Positions 55,682 through 64,000 of a stretch of 64,000 nt of DNA are shown here, piece after piece (position 1 is the stretch's first letter; each line of letters begins with the position of its first letter). This DNA comes from an uncultured Oscillospiraceae bacterium (GTDB taxonomy: Bacteria > Bacillota > Clostridia > Christensenellales > CAG-138), in contig CAZNAL010000002.1 in the NCBI GenBank assembly GCA_964571055.1, positions 1,503 through 65,502 of the forward strand, read 5' to 3'. The position numbers and the translations under genes were made by a program. Under the pieces are notes generated by a model. That model was not told the origin of the DNA, did not search any database, and was given only the letters and a program-made list of their open reading frames with translations.

Positions 55682-56895
55682 GCCGCGTGGCCGTGATCGG
55701 CGGCGGACCGGCGGGCATGCTTTGCGCCGCGTTTGCGGCACAAAACGGCCATGACGTGACGCTGCTGGAAAAGAATGAAAAGCTGGGAAAAAAGCTCTAT
55801 CTTACGGGAAAGGGGCGCTGCAATCTTACCAACGCCGCCGATATAGAGGATTTTTTTGCCCACATTCCGCGAAACGGAAAATTCCTCTACAGCGCCCTGT
55901 ACGGTTTTGACAACCAAGCCATCGTCGAACTGGTGGAGAAAATGGGCGTACCTACGAAGCGCGAGCGGGGCGAGCGCGTGTTTCCCGTTTCGGACAAATC
56001 CAGCGACGTTATCCGCGCTTTGGAGAAAAACCTTCGCGCAAGCGGCGTTGCGGTGCGCTTTCACGCGGACGTACGAGATATAAAAAAGAATGGCGCGGGC
56101 TTTGCGCTGACCGTGGACGGGCAGGGGGAACTCTATGACGCCGTCGTACTTGCAACGGGCGGTAAAAGCTACGCTTCCACCGGCTCTACGGGCGACGGCT
56201 ATACATTCGCGGAACGGCTGGGGCATACGATCGTTTCGCCTGTTCCATCTCTTGTTTCCGTAGAAACGGTGGAGGAATGGCCGAAGGAATTGATGGGGCT
56301 GTCCCTTCGCAACGTTACGCTTCGGGCATACCGGGGCGATAAAAAGCTGTTTGAGGAGCTGGGCGAGATGCTCTTTACGCACTTTGGCGTAACGGGGCCG
56401 CTCGTACTAAGCGCCGTCAGCCGCTTTGCGGAAGCGCCGGAGGGGGTGCGGCTCGTGATCGACCTGAAGCCGGGGCTTTCCGAGGAGGAGCTTGACAGGC
56501 GTCTGCTTCGAGACTTTGAAAAGAACATTAACCGCCAGTTTGGAAACGCGTTAAACGAGCTGCTGCCCGCGAAGCTAATACCTGTTGCGGTACGTCTTTC
56601 CGGCATACCGGAGACGTGCCCCGTCAACGAGGTGCAGCGTGCCATGCGGCTTTCCTTCTGCCGCTTGCTCAAGAATCTTACGCTGACGGTGAAGCGCGCG
56701 CGCCCCATGGAGGAAGCCATCATCACTAGAGGCGGCGTGAGCGTCAAGGAGATCGATCCGTCCACCATGCAGTCTAAGCTTGTGCCCGGACTCTATTTTG
56801 CAGGCGAGATCATCGATGTGGACGCGACCACGGGCGGCTTTAATCTGCAGATCGCGTATTCCACCGGGGCGCTTGCAGGGCGCTCTATAGAATAG
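55678..56895 (+). CDS. NAD(P)/FAD-dependent oxidoreductase, BaiN/HI0933 family
   Basis: VAVIGGGPAGMLCAAFAAQNGHDVTLLEKNEKLGKKLYLTGKGRCNLTN; GLYFAGEIIDVDATTGGFNLQ. The TTG 55678 start overlaps the upstream stop. GTG 55687 is an alternative. Confidence 0.85.
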   Translation: MSRVAVIGGGPAGMLCAAFAAQNGHDVTLLEKNEKLGKKLYLTGKGRCNLTNAADIEDFFAHIPRNGKFLYSALYGFDNQAIVELVEKMGVPTKRERGERVFPVSDKSSDVIRALEKNLRASGVAVRFHADVRDIKKNGAGFALTVDGQGELYDAVVLATGGKSYASTGSTGDGYTFAERLGHTIVSPVPSLVSVETVEEWPKELMGLSLRNVTLRAYRGDKKLFEELGEMLFTHFGVTGPLVLSAVSRFAEAPEGVRLVIDLKPGLSEEELDRRLLRDFEKNINRQFGNALNELLPAKLIPVAVRLSGIPETCPVNEVQRAMRLSFCRLLKNLTLTVKRARPMEEAIITRGGVSVKEIDPSTMQSKLVPGLYFAGEIIDVDATTGGFNLQIAYSTGALAGRSIE

Positions 56896-56919
56896 GTATA
56901 CAAAGGGAGAGGGAGAAGC

Positions 56920-57588
56920 ATGGCATTTCTGAATATCGCCATCGACGGGCCTGCGGGCGCGGGAAAAAGCACCATCGCAAAGGCTGTTGCAAAGGAGCTT
57001 GGGATCCTGTATCTCGATACGGGCGCGATGTATCGCGCGATGGCGCTTTGCGCTTTACGCGCGGGCGTCGATCCCAACGATGCGGCGCGCGTTTTGCCCT
57101 TGCTTGCAGTCACGGAAATCTTTGCAAAGTGCATAGACGGCGTACAGCATACCTACCTTAACGGCGAGGACGTGTCAGGTCTTATCCGCACGCCGGAAGT
57201 CTCCAAAGGCGCTTCGGATATCGCGGTCATTCCGGCGGTGCGTATCAAGCTTGCGCAAACGCAGCGAAAGATCGCCCTGGAAAGCGACGTGGTGATGGAC
57301 GGGCGGGAAATAGGCTCCTATGTGATCCCCGAAACCCCTTATAAATTCTATGTCACCGCGTCTGTTGCGGAGCGCGCGCGGCGAAGGCTTGCGGAACTTA
57401 GGGAAAAGGGGCAATACATCGATGTTACGCCGGAAGCGATGCAATCCGAGATCGCGGCGCGGGATCATACGGACAGCACGCGGGAGTTTGCGCCGCTCAA
57501 GCGGATGCCCGACGCTGTTTTGATCGATACGACGGAGATGGATATACCCACTGCGGTCAGCGCTGTGCTTTCGCGGATCGAGAGGTAA
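56920..57588 (+). CDS. cmk: (d)CMP kinase
   Basis: IAIDGPAGAGKSTIAKAVAKELGILYLDTGAMYRA. Confidence 0.95.
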   Translation: MAFLNIAIDGPAGAGKSTIAKAVAKELGILYLDTGAMYRAMALCALRAGVDPNDAARVLPLLAVTEIFAKCIDGVQHTYLNGEDVSGLIRTPEVSKGASDIAVIPAVRIKLAQTQRKIALESDVVMDGREIGSYVIPETPYKFYVTASVAERARRRLAELREKGQYIDVTPEAMQSEIAARDHTDSTREFAPLKRMPDAVLIDTTEMDIPTAVSAVLSRIER

Positions 57589-57592
57589 AAAT

Positions 57593-58192
57593 ATGCTCTA
57601 TATCATCATCAGGTATCTATTGGGACCGATCATCCTTCTGTTTTGGCAGCCTGTCGTGTTTGGCCGCGAAAACCTTCGCATCAAGGATAAGGGCATTATC
57701 GTATCCAATCACCGATCCATGGCGGACCCGGTTTTGCTGGCGTTTTTAACGCCGCGTGTGGTGCACTTTATGGCGAAGCAGGAGATATTCAAATCCCCCT
57801 TCGGCCGTGTTTTTTTCAAAATGCTGTACGCTTTTCCCGTTAACAGAAAGCAGGCGGACCTGCAGTCTTTGAAAAACGCGCTGGAGGTGCTGAATCAAGG
57901 CAAGGTATTCGGTATTTTCCCGGAGGGAAAGCGCGCCGTTACGCATGAGCTGGACGCCTTGGAGCGCGGAACGGCTTTTTTGGCGATACGTTCGGGCGCG
58001 CCCATCGTGCCCGTCTATATTCATCCGGACAGCTATAGGCGCTGGCGTCCCATCGTGATCGTCGGAAAGCCGCTGGATGTAAATCAAATCGTGGCAAGCG
58101 CAAAGAAATCCGAAATGGTAGAGGTCGTAACGGATAAGATCGCGGACGCCATATGCGCCTTGCGCGAGGAATTGGACGAAATGCTATGCTGA
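57593..58192 (+). CDS. plsC: 1-acyl-sn-glycerol-3-phosphate acyltransferase
   Basis: HxxxxD motif VSNHRSMADP; FPEGKR; APIVPV. Confidence 0.9.
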   Translation: MLYIIIRYLLGPIILLFWQPVVFGRENLRIKDKGIIVSNHRSMADPVLLAFLTPRVVHFMAKQEIFKSPFGRVFFKMLYAFPVNRKQADLQSLKNALEVLNQGKVFGIFPEGKRAVTHELDALERGTAFLAIRSGAPIVPVYIHPDSYRRWRPIVIVGKPLDVNQIVASAKKSEMVEVVTDKIADAICALREELDEMLC

Positions 58193-60495
58193 TTCAATTA
58201 GCGAAAAACATCGGCTTTTGCTTTGGCGTGCGGCGCGCCGTTGAGATGGCGGAGGAAGCGGCGCAAACAGGGACGGTTTATACGCTGGGTGCGCTCATCC
58301 ATAATGAGGACGTGATCCGCGCGCTGGAGCAAAAGGGCATCCACGCGGCGGAGGATCTCAACGCCATACCGCGCGGCGCCACGGTGGTCATCCGCTCGCA
58401 CGGCGTGGGGGAGGCGGTCTACGCATCTTGTGCGTCGCGCGGCTTCAAGCTGATCGACGCGACCTGTCCGTTCGTGTCGAAAATCCATACGTTGGTGAAG
58501 GCGTATTCCGCGGCGGGCGAAACCATCGTTCTCTTTGGGAAAACGCAGCATCCGGAGGTGGTCGGCATATGCGGATGGTGCGATCGCGCGTACGTGGCGG
58601 AAAACGAAGAGGATATTGAGAAGCTTCCGCCCATGGAGAATGCACGCGTTCTCGTACAGACGACCTTCTCGGCGGCACGCTGTAAAGTGATGCTGCAGCG
58701 CTTGCGGGAAAAAGTAAAAAATGTTCATTTTGACGACACTATCTGCCATACCACGGCCATACGGCAGGCGGAGGCGCAAGAATTGAGCAAAAAATGCGGT
58801 CAAATGATCGTGATCGGCGGGAAAAACAGCTCCAATACACAAAAACTGTATGCTATATGCCGAAAAAACTGTGAACATACCCAAACTATAGCAAAAGTCG
58901 ATGAACTTTTTCTTGAAAAATTATTTACCGATGATATAATAGGAGTTGTTGCAGGCGCATCGACGCCGGATTGGATAATTATGGAGGTTGTAACTAGAAT
59001 GAGCGAACTGGAAAAGACGATGGCTGAAAGCCCCGAAGTAGAAGTTTGTGAGGTCGAAACGGAAGCGGCTGCTACCGTCAAAGAACCTGCTGTGGCCGAG
59101 GCCGCAGAAACGACTGTTGCCCCTGCTGTGGAACCCGCTGCTGAATCCAGCGATCCTTCGTTTGCCGAAGCGTTTGAAAAGACGTTGGTTCGGATTCGCA
59201 ACGGACAGATCATAACCGGATCTGTCGTGCAGATCGTTGACGGCGAAGTGTGCGTCAACATTGGGTACAAGTCTGACGGGTTTATTCCTCGCAGCGAATT
59301 CTCTGCTGATAACGATGTAGATCCCGCTTCGGTCGTGAAGGTCGGCGATCCCATCGAGGTCGAGGTTTTGAAGGTGAACGACGGCGAGGGCAACGTGCTG
59401 TTGTCTCGTAAGAACGTCGAGAGCAAGAAAATGTGGGATGACCTTATGCAGGACGAAAACGTGCAGGATAAGGTCTTTGAGGGCGTTGGCAAGGAAGTCG
59501 TTAAGGGCGGTTTGATCGCCAATATCGACGGCGTGCGCGCATTTATCCCCGCCTCTCAGCTTTCCACCAAGTATGTGGAAAACATCGGCGAATACGTAGG
59601 TCAGCCTTTGAGCCTGAAGGTTATCGAGGTTGACAAGTCCCGCAAACGCATCGTGGCTTCCCACAAGGCCGTGATGCTGATGGAAGCGGAAGAGGCCAAG
59701 AAAAAGCTTTGGGATGAGCTGGTCGTGGGCGAGAAGGTCAAGGGCGTCGTCCGTCGGCTTACCGATTTCGGCGCGTTTGTAGACATCGGCGGCATCGACG
59801 GTTTGGTGCATGTGACGGATGTGGCTTGGGGCCGTGTCAAGCATCCCTCCGACGTGTTGAGCATCGGGCAGGAGATCGAAGTTCTCATCCGTGACGTGGA
59901 TGTGGAAAAACAGCGCGTATCCCTTGGCTATAAGCAGCTGCAGCCTAAGCCTTGGACGATGGCGGATGAAAAATACCCCGTGGGCAGCATCGTGGAGGGC
60001 AAGGTCGTTCGCATCGTTCCCTTCGGCGCGTTTGTAGCGCTGGAGCCCACGATCGACGGTTTGATCCACATTTCGCAGGTCGGCGTGCGCCGCATTGCCA
60101 AGGTCGAGGATGAGATCAACGTAGGCGATATGGTTCGCTGCAAGGTTTTGGACGTCAATCCCGAAGCCAAGCGCATCAGCTTGAGCCGCCGCGAGGTTAT
60201 CCTTGAGGAGAACCCCGAAATCGCGGAGCAGCTTGCAGCCGAAAAGGCGGAGCGTGAACGCATTGCCGCAGAGCGTGCCGAACAGCGCGCACAGCAGTCA
60301 GAAGCCCCCGCGCCCAGGCCGGAGGTTCGCAGAGACCGCGAGTCCGCGCCGCGCAATATGGGCGACCGTCCCGAACGTGGCGAGCGTCGTCCCCGCCGTG
60401 AGGACAGCGATTACGAGCTGCCGCCCGTGCAGCAGTCCACCACCTCGTTGGCGTCCCTCTTCTCCGGTTTCTCCAGCGAAGAGGAAGAAAAGTAA
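58186..60495 (+). CDS. ispH: bifunctional 4-hydroxy-3-methylbut-2-enyl diphosphate reductase (IspH) / 30S ribosomal protein S1 fusion
   Basis: N-terminal IspH: GFCFGVRRAV, ATCPFVSKIH, ICHTT, GASTPDW. An acidic linker and four S1 domains follow (GSVVQIVDGEVCVNIG..., GKEVVKGGLIANIDGVRAFIP, GVVRRLTDFGAFVDIGG, GKVVRIVPFGAFVALEP), then a basic/acidic tail. The start overlaps the plsC stop. Confidence 0.9.
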   Translation: MLIQLAKNIGFCFGVRRAVEMAEEAAQTGTVYTLGALIHNEDVIRALEQKGIHAAEDLNAIPRGATVVIRSHGVGEAVYASCASRGFKLIDATCPFVSKIHTLVKAYSAAGETIVLFGKTQHPEVVGICGWCDRAYVAENEEDIEKLPPMENARVLVQTTFSAARCKVMLQRLREKVKNVHFDDTICHTTAIRQAEAQELSKKCGQMIVIGGKNSSNTQKLYAICRKNCEHTQTIAKVDELFLEKLFTDDIIGVVAGASTPDWIIMEVVTRMSELEKTMAESPEVEVCEVETEAAATVKEPAVAEAAETTVAPAVEPAAESSDPSFAEAFEKTLVRIRNGQIITGSVVQIVDGEVCVNIGYKSDGFIPRSEFSADNDVDPASVVKVGDPIEVEVLKVNDGEGNVLLSRKNVESKKMWDDLMQDENVQDKVFEGVGKEVVKGGLIANIDGVRAFIPASQLSTKYVENIGEYVGQPLSLKVIEVDKSRKRIVASHKAVMLMEAEEAKKKLWDELVVGEKVKGVVRRLTDFGAFVDIGGIDGLVHVTDVAWGRVKHPSDVLSIGQEIEVLIRDVDVEKQRVSLGYKQLQPKPWTMADEKYPVGSIVEGKVVRIVPFGAFVALEPTIDGLIHISQVGVRRIAKVEDEINVGDMVRCKVLDVNPEAKRISLSRREVILEENPEIAEQLAAEKAERERIAAERAEQRAQQSEAPAPRPEVRRDRESAPRNMGDRPERGERRPRREDSDYELPPVQQSTTSLASLFSGFSSEEEEK
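58913..58940 (+). promoter_or_regulatory. internal promoter-like motif (TTGAAA-16-TATAAT) at the IspH/S1 junction
   Basis: ttgaaa aattatttaccgatga tataat sits in a locally AT-rich patch of the fused ORF. GGAGG (58983-58987) and an in-frame ATG (58999) follow. Confidence 0.35.
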
Positions 60496-60511
60496 AAGCA
60501 TATATCCAATG

Positions 60512-60544
60512 AAAGAGGTCGCATGATTTGCGGCCTCTTTTTTG
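60512..60544 (+). terminator. intrinsic terminator after ispH-rpsA
   Basis: AAAGAGGTCGC atgattt GCGGCCTCTTT (one G.U) running into TTTTTTG. Confidence 0.8.
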
Positions 60545-60608
60545 TGATTGTACTTCCCAAGAAACACAAGATATTGTATAATAGACTTGGTATTATAGGA
60601 GGGAAAGG

Positions 60609-63188
60609 ATGGCAACAAAGAAACAGAAACAGCTTGAAGAACAGCAGCGGCTGCAAAACAGACGCGAAATCTGGGGCGTCTGCTTGATTGCTGTCGGCCT
60701 TTTTTTGGCTGTCAGCCTGTATTCGGACGCGGTAGGCGTTTTGGGAAGCACCATCAGCCGCGCGTTTTTTGCACTCTTCGGCATTCTTGGATATGCAGTG
60801 CCGGTGTTGTTTTTCCTCTGCGGTTTGCTCGTGATCATCTTTTCCGCCCGCGCGTCTAAAAAATCACTCTTTATCCTGACGACGGCGGGGATACTCTGCA
60901 TGATGGCAGTGTTGCACGCGTATGTGAAGCCGGAGACGGCGCAGGTCAAATTTCTTGCCTATTTGAAGGAAGCCTTTCAGCTTGGACTTGAAGCGCGAAA
61001 GGGCGGCGGCGTACTGGGCGCGATCCTTGCGTATCCATCGTTACTGCTGCTTGGCGAGGTAGGGCTTTACATCGCGTATTTTTCGATTTTGATCGTGATC
61101 GTGCTGTTGGTTACGCGCATCTCCATACGAAGCGCGGGACAGAAGGTTGGGAAGACCATCAAATCCGGTGTGGAGACCGCGGTGAGCACGGCAAAAGAAT
61201 ATAGGGCGAATCATCCGTCAAAGCCTTCCGTGCTGGAGGATGACGATATGTTTTCCGAGGATCTGATGCAGGATCTGTTGGAGAATGCGCCTTCCCAAAG
61301 GCGAAGTATACGCAAGGGAACGAACGCGGCGCGAAGGAAGCCAAAGCAGAGCGAATTCGATCTCGACCTTCGATTGGAGCCCGTCGTACCGGAAGCGGAT
61401 ATCGGCATACAGGACTTGAGCAAGGTCAAATACAACGACGCGGATATCGATTTTCTTCCTGTTTCCGGCGAACTGACGAAGCGGAAAAAGTCACAGATCG
61501 AACAGGATATAGACGATATGATCGCGGCCTTTGACGCGCCGGACGCGAATCGGATCATGCCGCCAAAGGAGCGTAAAACGCGTATTTCCGAGAACGCGCC
61601 GGAGGCTGCCGCATTGGACGAGCTTGTTATAGGCGAAAAGCCGGTTGCGCCCAAGATAAAGCCCGCGATAGCGCCCAAGCGCGTCGAAACGGCCGACGTG
61701 CCGCCCATGCTGCCCATGCAGATGGAAAAAGCGCCCGAAGCGTATCAGTTTCCTCCCATTACGTTATTGAATAAGCCAACGGTGAAGCGTGGAAGCGGCA
61801 AGGATTCGCCGGAGGTGATGGGTAAGCTGTTGATCGAAACGCTGGAAAGCTTCAACATCAGCGCGCGGATTCTCAACATCAGCGTAGGTCCCGTGATTAC
61901 GCGATTTGAACTCCAGCCCGCGCAGGGTATTCGCGTGAGCCGCATCACCACGCTTTCTAACGATATTGCTTTGGCGCTTGCCGCGCCGCGCGTCCGCATC
62001 GAAGCGCCGATTCCGGGCAAAGCCGCCGTGGGTATCGAGATACCGAACAGGGATGTGTCCGGCGTATTCTTGCGCGATGTTTTGGAAGCGCCGGAATTCA
62101 AGAGCGCCAAATCCAAAATCACCATCGGTTTGGGTAAGGATATAGCGGGCAATATCATTACGACGGATCTTGGCAGGATGCCGCATCTTTTGATCGCGGG
62201 CTCTACCGGTTCCGGCAAGAGCGTTTGCATCAACGGCATCATCACAAGCCTACTTTATAAATCGGCGCCGGAGGATGTGCGCATGATACTGATCGATCCC
62301 AAGGTGGTCGAATTAAAGGTGTTCGCCTCCTTGCCGCATCTGTATCTTCCGGTGGTGACGGAGCCTAAGAAGGCGGCGAGCGCACTGAAATGGGCTGTTA
62401 TGGAAATGGAACAGCGCTATAGGAAGATGTCAGAATGCAACGCGCGCGATTTGGCGCGCTACAACGCGTCGCAGAGCGATCCCGTGGAAAGGATGCCCCT
62501 TTTGGTGATCGTGATCGACGAGCTGGCCGATCTGATGATGGTCGCAGCGAAGGATGTGGAGGAATCCATCTGCCGCATAGCGCAGCTTGGCCGCGCCTGC
62601 GGTATCCACCTGATCGTCGCCACACAGCGTCCGTCCTCGGATATCATTACCGGACTTATCAAGGCGAACATCCCTTCGCGAATCGCCTTTATGGTATCCT
62701 CCGCCGTGGATTCGCGTGTTATTATGGATTGCAACGGCGCTGAAAAGCTGCTTGGCAAAGGCGATATGCTCTTCCACGCAAACGGCGCCAGCAAACCGAT
62801 CCGCGTGCAGGGCGCTTTCGTATCGGACGAGGAGGTAGAGCGGATCATGGACTTCTTCCAAAGAAGGGATACGGCGCCGAAGTTCAAAGAGGATGACTAT
62901 TTGGAAGCGGTTTCGGCAACCATAGCCGGCATAGCGCAGGGAAACGGCAAGCAGGAGGATGAGCTGCTTGACGAGGCAGTAAAGATCGTGCTGGAAAGCG
63001 GACAGGCTTCCATATCCATGATACAGAGGCGGCTGCGCGTAGGCTATGCCCGCGCCGCGCGGCTGATCGATATTATGGAGCAGCACAAGATCGTAAGCGG
63101 GTTTGACGGCAGTAAACCAAGAAAACTTTTGATAACAAGCTATGACGAATATACGCGCATGCATAAAGGAGGGGAACGGGGCGAATGA
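60609..63188 (+). CDS. ftsK: DNA translocase FtsK/SpoIIIE
   Basis: 859 aa. Four N-terminal TM helices, a long linker, the motor domain (LLIAGSTGSGKSVCINGII; VIVIDELADLMM; ATQRPS) and a gamma winged helix (ISMIQRRLRVGYARAARLIDIME). Confidence 0.95.
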   Translation: MATKKQKQLEEQQRLQNRREIWGVCLIAVGLFLAVSLYSDAVGVLGSTISRAFFALFGILGYAVPVLFFLCGLLVIIFSARASKKSLFILTTAGILCMMAVLHAYVKPETAQVKFLAYLKEAFQLGLEARKGGGVLGAILAYPSLLLLGEVGLYIAYFSILIVIVLLVTRISIRSAGQKVGKTIKSGVETAVSTAKEYRANHPSKPSVLEDDDMFSEDLMQDLLENAPSQRRSIRKGTNAARRKPKQSEFDLDLRLEPVVPEADIGIQDLSKVKYNDADIDFLPVSGELTKRKKSQIEQDIDDMIAAFDAPDANRIMPPKERKTRISENAPEAAALDELVIGEKPVAPKIKPAIAPKRVETADVPPMLPMQMEKAPEAYQFPPITLLNKPTVKRGSGKDSPEVMGKLLIETLESFNISARILNISVGPVITRFELQPAQGIRVSRITTLSNDIALALAAPRVRIEAPIPGKAAVGIEIPNRDVSGVFLRDVLEAPEFKSAKSKITIGLGKDIAGNIITTDLGRMPHLLIAGSTGSGKSVCINGIITSLLYKSAPEDVRMILIDPKVVELKVFASLPHLYLPVVTEPKKAASALKWAVMEMEQRYRKMSECNARDLARYNASQSDPVERMPLLVIVIDELADLMMVAAKDVEESICRIAQLGRACGIHLIVATQRPSSDIITGLIKANIPSRIAFMVSSAVDSRVIMDCNGAEKLLGKGDMLFHANGASKPIRVQGAFVSDEEVERIMDFFQRRDTAPKFKEDDYLEAVSATIAGIAQGNGKQEDELLDEAVKIVLESGQASISMIQRRLRVGYARAARLIDIMEQHKIVSGFDGSKPRKLLITSYDEYTRMHKGGERGE

Positions 63189-64000
63189 AGGTAGGCGTCG
63201 TATCGTTGGGATGCTCAAAGAACCTTGTCGATTCGGAGGTTTTGCTTGGCGAGCTTTGCGCGCGCGGCTTTACCGTCACGCCGGATGCGGCGGAAGCGGA
63301 CGTGATCGTGATCAATACCTGCGGCTTCATCGAGCCGGCCAAGCAGGAATCCATCAATACGATACTGGAAATGGCGCGCTTTAAAACAGAAGGAGCCTGC
63401 TGTCTTTTGGTCGTTTGCGGTTGTTTGAGCGAGCGCTACCGGAAGGAGCTCGAGGAAGAAATGCCGGAGGTCGATCTTCTTTGGGGCGTGAAGGATCAAA
63501 AGGGATTGGCGGCGCGCATTGCCGCGCGCGTCAGCCATGGCGCGGACGTGGAGGACGAGGCGGTTCGCGTGCTGACAACGCCGCCGTACCGCGCCTATTT
63601 GCGCATAGCGGACGGCTGTGACAACCGCTGCGCTTATTGCGCGATACCCTTGATACGCGGCGGGCGCGTGAGCGTGCCCATGGAAAAGCTTGTTGCGGAA
63701 GCGGAGGCGTTAGCTGCCCGCGGTGTAAAAGAGCTTACGCTTATCGCGCAGGATACGTCCGCATACGGGTTGGATCTGTATGGAAAGCCAGCGCTTTCTG
63801 ATCTTCTCAAGGCGCTTGCGAAGATCGAGGCGCTGCACTGGATACGCGTGCTTTATACCTATCCCAACACCGTGGATGTGGAATTGCTGGATACGATCCA
63901 AAACGAACCCAAAATCGCAAACTATATCGATATGCCCATACAGCATATTGACGATGATATGCTTCGCGCCATGAACCGGCATGGCAGCAGCGCGCATATC
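63185..64000 (+). CDS. rimO: ribosomal protein S12 methylthiotransferase RimO (radical SAM; C-terminus beyond window)
   Basis: ATGA overlap with ftsK. MKVGVVSLGCSKNLVDSEVLLGEL; VINTCGFIEPAKQESI; radical-SAM ADGCDNRCAYCAIP. Open to the window end, so absent from the ORF track. Confidence 0.88.
   Translation, partial: MKVGVVSLGCSKNLVDSEVLLGELCARGFTVTPDAAEADVIVINTCGFIEPAKQESINTILEMARFKTEGACCLLVVCGCLSERYRKELEEEMPEVDLLWGVKDQKGLAARIAARVSHGADVEDEAVRVLTTPPYRAYLRIADGCDNRCAYCAIPLIRGGRVSVPMEKLVAEAEALAARGVKELTLIAQDTSAYGLDLYGKPALSDLLKALAKIEALHWIRVLYTYPNTVDVELLDTIQNEPKIANYIDMPIQHIDDDMLRAMNRHGSSAHI

Noticed and set aside
1-64000. Scan for mobile elements, prophage genes, toxin-antitoxin pairs, defence systems, CRISPR arrays, tRNA/rRNA/tmRNA/SRP RNA and riboswitch-length leaders
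   Set aside because: No integrase, transposase or recombinase motifs were seen. No intergenic gap exceeds about 175 nt, and no repeat-spacer structure is present. All multi-gene blocks are accounted for by housekeeping or sporulation functions.

Overview
This 64-kb window is almost gap-free core chromosome from a visibly GC-rich, endospore-forming Firmicute, probably Clostridia (a low-confidence guess). About 70 genes are present, and all but three (clpC, ylbJ, tmcAL) are on the + strand. Many are translationally coupled through ATGA or 4-nt overlaps.

Gene order reproduces several classical Bacillus subtilis syntenic blocks:
- iscS-thiI
- recX-acpS
- rsmD-coaD / ylbJ / ylbM(tmcAL)
- pta-ackA
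- yceD-rpmF-plsX-acpP-rnc-smc-ftsY
- prmA-rsmE-mtaB-(HIT)-rpsU
- ylmC-nrdR-pgeF
- spoIIIAA-AH, then asp23-amaP-DUF2273-nusB-xseA-xseB-ispA-dxs-tlyA-nadK-argR-recN-spoIVB-spo0A
- deoB
- scpA-scpB-ytfI-ytfJ-dacB-rluB
- a four-gene Na+-translocating oxaloacetate-decarboxylase operon
- surE-(His phosphatase)-(BaiN-like flavoprotein)-cmk-plsC-ispH::rpsA fusion-ftsK-rimO

I found no tRNA or rRNA genes, CRISPR arrays, transposases, integrases, prophage remnants or defence genes. I see no convincing novel multi-gene system here. This is an ordinary housekeeping and sporulation region.

The observations worth a second look are local:
1. The spoIIIA locus is reduced. SpoIIIAF is only 52 codons and is missing from the ORF track. 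SpoIIIAG lacks the large ring-forming insertion.
2. An in-frame TAA replaces a conserved Gln codon in rsmE.
3. spo0A has no Shine-Dalgarno, and an extended -10 promoter lies 7 nt upstream of its ATG, so the mRNA may be leaderless.
4. A near-perfect sigma-G-type promoter for spoIVB is nested in the recN terminator.
5. A secreted PBP5/DacB paralogue has lost all three catalytic motifs.
6. A promoter/RBS/ATG signal set sits in a low-GC patch at the ispH-rpsA fusion junction.
7. The oad operon has a split alpha/biotin-carrier layout and an internally duplicated OadG.

All functional calls come from my own reading of translated motifs and synteny. No database search was run.
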